Assembly (NCBI GenBank): GCA_934130545.1
Contig: CAKOYD010000002.1
Span: 194,209 to 258,208, forward strand
Direction of reading: 5' to 3'
Length of the DNA: 64,000 bases
Origin: an uncultured Bacilli bacterium
GTDB taxonomy: Bacteria > Bacillota_I > Bacilli_A > RF39 > UBA660
The notes beneath the pieces were generated by a model. It was not told where the DNA came from and searched no databases. It saw only the letters and a list, made by a program, of their open reading frames with translations. This document shows, in pieces, positions 60,655-64,000 of this stretch (position 1 is the first letter of the stretch; every line of letters starts with the position of its first letter). A program made the translations under genes and the position numbers.

Positions 60655-61944
60655 TTATTTTTTAGGTATTAATCTATCTTTACCACCCATATAAGGTCTT
60701 AAAACTTCCGGAATAACTACACTACCATCTTCTTGTAAATTATTTTCTAAAAAAGCTATTAACATTCTAGGAGGTGCTATAACAGTATTATTTAAAGTAT
60801 GAGCAAACTCTTTATCCCCATTCTCTTTCTTATATCTAATACCAAGTCTTCTAGCTTGAGCATCAGTTAAATTAGAACAAGAACATACTTCAAAATATTT
60901 CTTTTGTCTAGGACTCCAAGCTTCAATATCACAAGAACGATATTTTAAATCAGCTAAATCTCCTGAACAACAAACTAACTTACGAACAGGTATATCTAAA
61001 CTTCTAAATAATTCTACTGAATAATTCCACATCTTATTATACCATTCTTCACTATCTTCCGGCTTACATATAACAACCATCTCTTGTTTTTCAAATTGGT
61101 GAATACGATATACTCCTCTTTCTTCTATACCATGAGCACCAACTTCTTTTCTAAAACAAGGTGAATAAGAAGTCATTGTAATAGGTAATTCACTCTCTTT
61201 TAATATTTGATCTTTAAACTTAGCAATCATCGAATGTTCACTAGTACCTATCAAATATAAATCTTCCCCTTCTATTTTATACATCATATTTTCTTTTTCT
61301 TCAAAAGACATAACACCATTAACAGCATCTCCATGAATCATAAAAGGTGGAATACAATAAGTAAATCCTTTATCTATCATAAAATCTCTCGCATAAGCAA
61401 GTACTGCTGAATGAAGTCTTGCAATATCTCCCATTAAATAGTAAAAACCATTACCACTAACTCTTCCTGCTGCTTCTTTATCTAATCCATTAAAACTAGC
61501 CATAATATCAGAATGATATGGTATCTCATAATTAGGTACTACCGGTTCTCCAAATCTAGCTTCTTCAACATTCTTACTATCATCTTCCCCAATAGGAACA
61601 TCATCAGCAATCATATTAGGAATAGTCATCATTTTCTCTTTAAGTAAACCAGATAATTCTTCTTCATCTTTCTCTATACTAACTAATTCATTATTAATAT
61701 CTTTAACTCTATCTTTCTTTAGATTAGCTTCTTCTATCTTCTTATCACGCATAAGCGCACCAATAGTATTACTAATCTCATTTCTCTCTTGTCTTAAATT
61801 ATCACCATTAGTCTTTAACTCACGAATTCTTTGATCCAAATCAATAACTTCATCTACAAGTGGTAATTTCTTATCCTGAAACTTCTTCTTAATATTTTCT
61901 TTTACCTTATCAGGATTCTCTCTTACAAACTTAATATCTAACAT
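60655..61944 (-). CDS. serS: serine--tRNA ligase
   Basis: 429 aa. N-terminal coiled-coil arm (MLDIKFVRENPDKV…), class-II motifs. Confidence 0.95.
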   Translation of the reverse strand: MLDIKFVRENPDKVKENIKKKFQDKKLPLVDEVIDLDQRIRELKTNGDNLRQERNEISNTIGALMRDKKIEEANLKKDRVKDINNELVSIEKDEEELSGLLKEKMMTIPNMIADDVPIGEDDSKNVEEARFGEPVVPNYEIPYHSDIMASFNGLDKEAAGRVSGNGFYYLMGDIARLHSAVLAYARDFMIDKGFTYCIPPFMIHGDAVNGVMSFEEKENMMYKIEGEDLYLIGTSEHSMIAKFKDQILKESELPITMTSYSPCFRKEVGAHGIEERGVYRIHQFEKQEMVVICKPEDSEEWYNKMWNYSVELFRSLDIPVRKLVCCSGDLADLKYRSCDIEAWSPRQKKYFEVCSCSNLTDAQARRLGIRYKKENGDKEFAHTLNNTVIAPPRMLIAFLENNLQEDGSVVIPEVLRPYMGGKDRLIPKK

Positions 61945-62033
61945 TTCTATCTTCCTTTCATATGAACTAATTATATAATAACATTAATAAAAATGCAACA
62001 AAACAATATCTATATATAACAAAAAAAGAAACA

Positions 62034-62216
62034 TTAAGCTGTTTCCTTTGACATTTTATTAACTCCCTTATAAAAACCGCATTTATCACATACTCTATGA
62101 GGTCTAATCATTTCACCACAGTTTGGGCATTTAACTAAACCATTGGCTCTTAATTTATAATGAGTTCTTCTCATATCTCTTCTTGTCTTACTAACTTTTC
62201 TAAATGGAACTGCCAT
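62034..62216 (-). CDS. rpmF: 50S ribosomal protein L32
   Basis: 60 aa. [17 protein letters not shown]…CPNCGE…CDKCGFY zinc ribbon. Confidence 0.9.
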   Translation of the reverse strand: MAVPFRKVSKTRRDMRRTHYKLRANGLVKCPNCGEMIRPHRVCDKCGFYKGVNKMSKETA

Positions 62217-62218
62217 GC

Positions 62219-62695
62219 TTATCTATCCTCACTTTCTTCAATCATTTGCTTTAATTCTGTAAAAGGATTATTACTAGATTGTTCTTTCAAAAACTCATCT
62301 TCTGTAATAACTCTCCATCCATCACCTTTTATCGTTACATTTTCATTTTTTGGAGAATGCACCTTTGAAGGAATTTCCACTAATATATTTTGCCACAAAA
62401 TATCAGTAATATCAAGTGAATTTGTGAAATTTTCTAATTTTTCTTCAATTTTAATATTAAAAGAATAAGAAACATCCTCTAAAGTAGTATCATCAGGTAA
62501 TATCATAACACCTGTTATTACCCCATCTAATTCTAATCTATCATCAACTAACTTAACAATAGTACCATCAAATTTAACAGACTCTAACTTTCTTATATTA
62601 CAATTATCTAAGTACTCTATTGGTATATTTACATTCTCTTTTATTTCTAATTCATCTTCCATATTAAGAAGTAATTTACTAACATCAATAATCAT
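62219..62695 (-). CDS. yceD: YceD/DUF177 family protein (large-subunit rRNA accumulation protein)
   Basis: 158 aa, acidic. Conserved position immediately upstream of rpmF. Confidence 0.7.
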   Translation of the reverse strand: MIIDVSKLLLNMEDELEIKENVNIPIEYLDNCNIRKLESVKFDGTIVKLVDDRLELDGVITGVMILPDDTTLEDVSYSFNIKIEEKLENFTNSLDITDILWQNILVEIPSKVHSPKNENVTIKGDGWRVITEDEFLKEQSSNNPFTELKQMIEESEDR

Positions 62696-62751
62696 ATTTC
62701 ACCTGCCAATTAATTATACAATAAATACTATAAAATAGCAATAGTAGTAGT

Positions 62752-63666
62752 TTAGAATCTATCAAAAGTTATTTTACCCAAATACCCGTCTCTTAAATCT
62801 CTAAGTACTTTAATATAAACTCTATCATAATCAACTTCCCCATTTCTAACTGCTCCTATCTTCTTACCAATACCATCTAATATATTAACAATATCTTCAT
62901 CATCATTAACTCCATATCTACTAATAATATTATCAGGATATAACTTAAACATAGTCTTAATTATGTATATAGAAATATCTTCTACATCTAATATTTCTTC
63001 TTTAATAGCTGTCATAGAAGCTAAATTATAAGCAATAGTTGAATCATTAAACTTAGGCCATAATATCCCTGGAGTATCTAATAGTTCTAACTTATCATTA
63101 ATTCTTATCCACTCTAAATTCTTAGTAATACCAGGTTTATTTCCAACATTTACTGCCTTCTTACCAACTAATCTATTAATTAAAGTAGATTTTCCAACAT
63201 TAGGAATACCTAATACTAAACTTCTAACCCTTCTAGGTTTTAAACCTTTACTAATTCTCTTACTATTAATAGATTCCATAAGTTCATTAACTACACTAAA
63301 TATTTCATTAACATTATCATGTAGTAAATCTAATAAAACTACTCTATAACCTTTACTCTCATAATACTTCTTCCACTCTAAAGTAATACTCTTATCACAT
63401 AAATCACTCTTTGTCATAATAAGTATTCTGGGTTTATTCTTAATAATATCTTCTATATCATTATTCTTAGAAGACTTCGGTATTCTAGCATCTATTACCT
63501 CAAATACGATGTCAATTAAATCTATTTTTTCTTTTATTTCTCTTTTGGCTTTGGCCATGTGACCAGGGAACCAATTGAGTTGAATTTTTTCAACCCCATT
63601 ATTTTTTGAACTATTTTTCTTTTCTGCTCTGATTTTTCTTTTTTGGTACATATCCATTTTAATCAC
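62752..63666 (-). CDS. rbgA: ribosome biogenesis GTPase A (RbgA/YlqF) with a basic N-terminal extension
   Basis: 304 aa. IQLNWFPGHMAKAKREI start motif, circularly permuted GTPase motifs (MTKSD, GIPNVGKST, DTPGI). About 28 extra basic residues before the usual start. Confidence 0.88.
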   Translation of the reverse strand: MIKMDMYQKRKIRAEKKNSSKNNGVEKIQLNWFPGHMAKAKREIKEKIDLIDIVFEVIDARIPKSSKNNDIEDIIKNKPRILIMTKSDLCDKSITLEWKKYYESKGYRVVLLDLLHDNVNEIFSVVNELMESINSKRISKGLKPRRVRSLVLGIPNVGKSTLINRLVGKKAVNVGNKPGITKNLEWIRINDKLELLDTPGILWPKFNDSTIAYNLASMTAIKEEILDVEDISIYIIKTMFKLYPDNIISRYGVNDDEDIVNILDGIGKKIGAVRNGEVDYDRVYIKVLRDLRDGYLGKITFDRF

Positions 63667-63719
63667 TTCTTTCTATTCTATCATTTAAAAAAATACTTAA
63701 AAGTATTTGTTTTTCGTTT

Positions 63720-64000
63720 TTAACTTGAAAGTATTATATCATATTTTTGTTTATTTATAAAGTCAAGAGCCTCAAAATATTTATCTTCATATTTGAATAT
63801 TACTTTTATATTACCATCTTCACTAACAACAATATCTTCAATTAACTCATCTATCAATAATCTATTTAGTTCATTTATTTTTTCTTTCTTTTTAAATATA
63901 TTCATCCAATCAGTATCGTTATTTTTTATTGTTTCTTTTTCTTCTTCATTTTTTGAATACAAATTAGAAATTATGCACAAAATAATTAAAACAATAATAA
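63720..64000 (-). CDS. hypothetical protein, 5' end beyond the window edge; probable N-terminal TM helix
   Basis: The ORF continues in-frame past 64000 (…IIVLIIMCIISNLYSKNEEEK…). No recognisable domain. Confidence 0.3.
   Translation of the reverse strand, partial: IIVLIILCIISNLYSKNEEEKETIKNNDTDWMNIFKKKEKINELNRLLIDELIEDIVVSEDGNIKVIFKYEDKYFEALDFINKQKYDIILSS

Noticed and set aside
61945-62033. Possible T-box leader upstream of serS
   Set aside because: Only ~90 nt separate serS from the rpmF stop, too short for a T-box (about 200-300 nt). No T-box consensus (AATTAGGGTGGNACCGCG) is seen.
63720-64000. C-terminal similarity of the last ORF to DUF4368 of large serine recombinases (…LIDELIEDIVVSEDGNIKVIFKYED…), which would hint at a mobile element at the window edge
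   Set aside because: The in-frame upstream codons to the window edge encode a hydrophobic helix (…IIVLIIM…), more consistent with a small membrane protein starting just beyond the window. No recombinase catalytic motifs are visible. The resemblance is too weak.

Overview
This is a 64 kb window from a very AT-rich (roughly 25-30% GC), endospore-forming Firmicute with Clostridia-like gene content. Almost all genes are on the minus strand. Core content: ruvB (partial)-ruvA, ddl, cotJ(A-B fusion)-cotJC, yunB, asnB, rubrerythrin, the hrcA-grpE-dnaK-dnaJ heat-shock operon with CIRCE operators, tsf-rpsB, efp-rpmG, two class-B PBPs, the start of the dcw cluster (mraZ-rsmH-ftsL-spoVD/pbpB), gerQ, lemA, tagO-like, glf, secG, proS, a tRNA-Ala/tRNA-Pro pair with a consensus sigma-A promoter, RNase J, rpsD, a ~10 kb cell-wall/capsular polysaccharide locus (Alg13/Alg14-like pair, Wzy-like::GT2 fusion, GT4, GT2, Wzx, GT4, GT2), uvrC, yigZ, radC, a CIRCE-controlled hsp20, a GntR-ABC (ytr-like) operon, serS, rpmF-yceD and rbgA. 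The accessory part is a family of three large surface or secreted proteins built from shuffled modules: a 590-aa protein with a SipW/TasA-type signal, a ~1200-aa glycine-rich giant with an internal ~1 kb tandem duplication, and a 551-aa type-IV-pilin-like protein. The giant and the pilin-like protein share a ~200-aa Cys-rich C-terminal module at about 80% nucleotide identity. The 590-aa protein and the giant are each preceded by a paralogous ~200 nt 5' leader containing a sigma-A promoter, a conserved hairpin whose 3' arm is a homopolymeric G tract (10 Gs in one copy), a small uORF running through the G tract, and a terminator-like hairpin about 25 nt before the start codon. This leader is a candidate novel attenuator, riboswitch or phase-variation control system, and it is the main finding.
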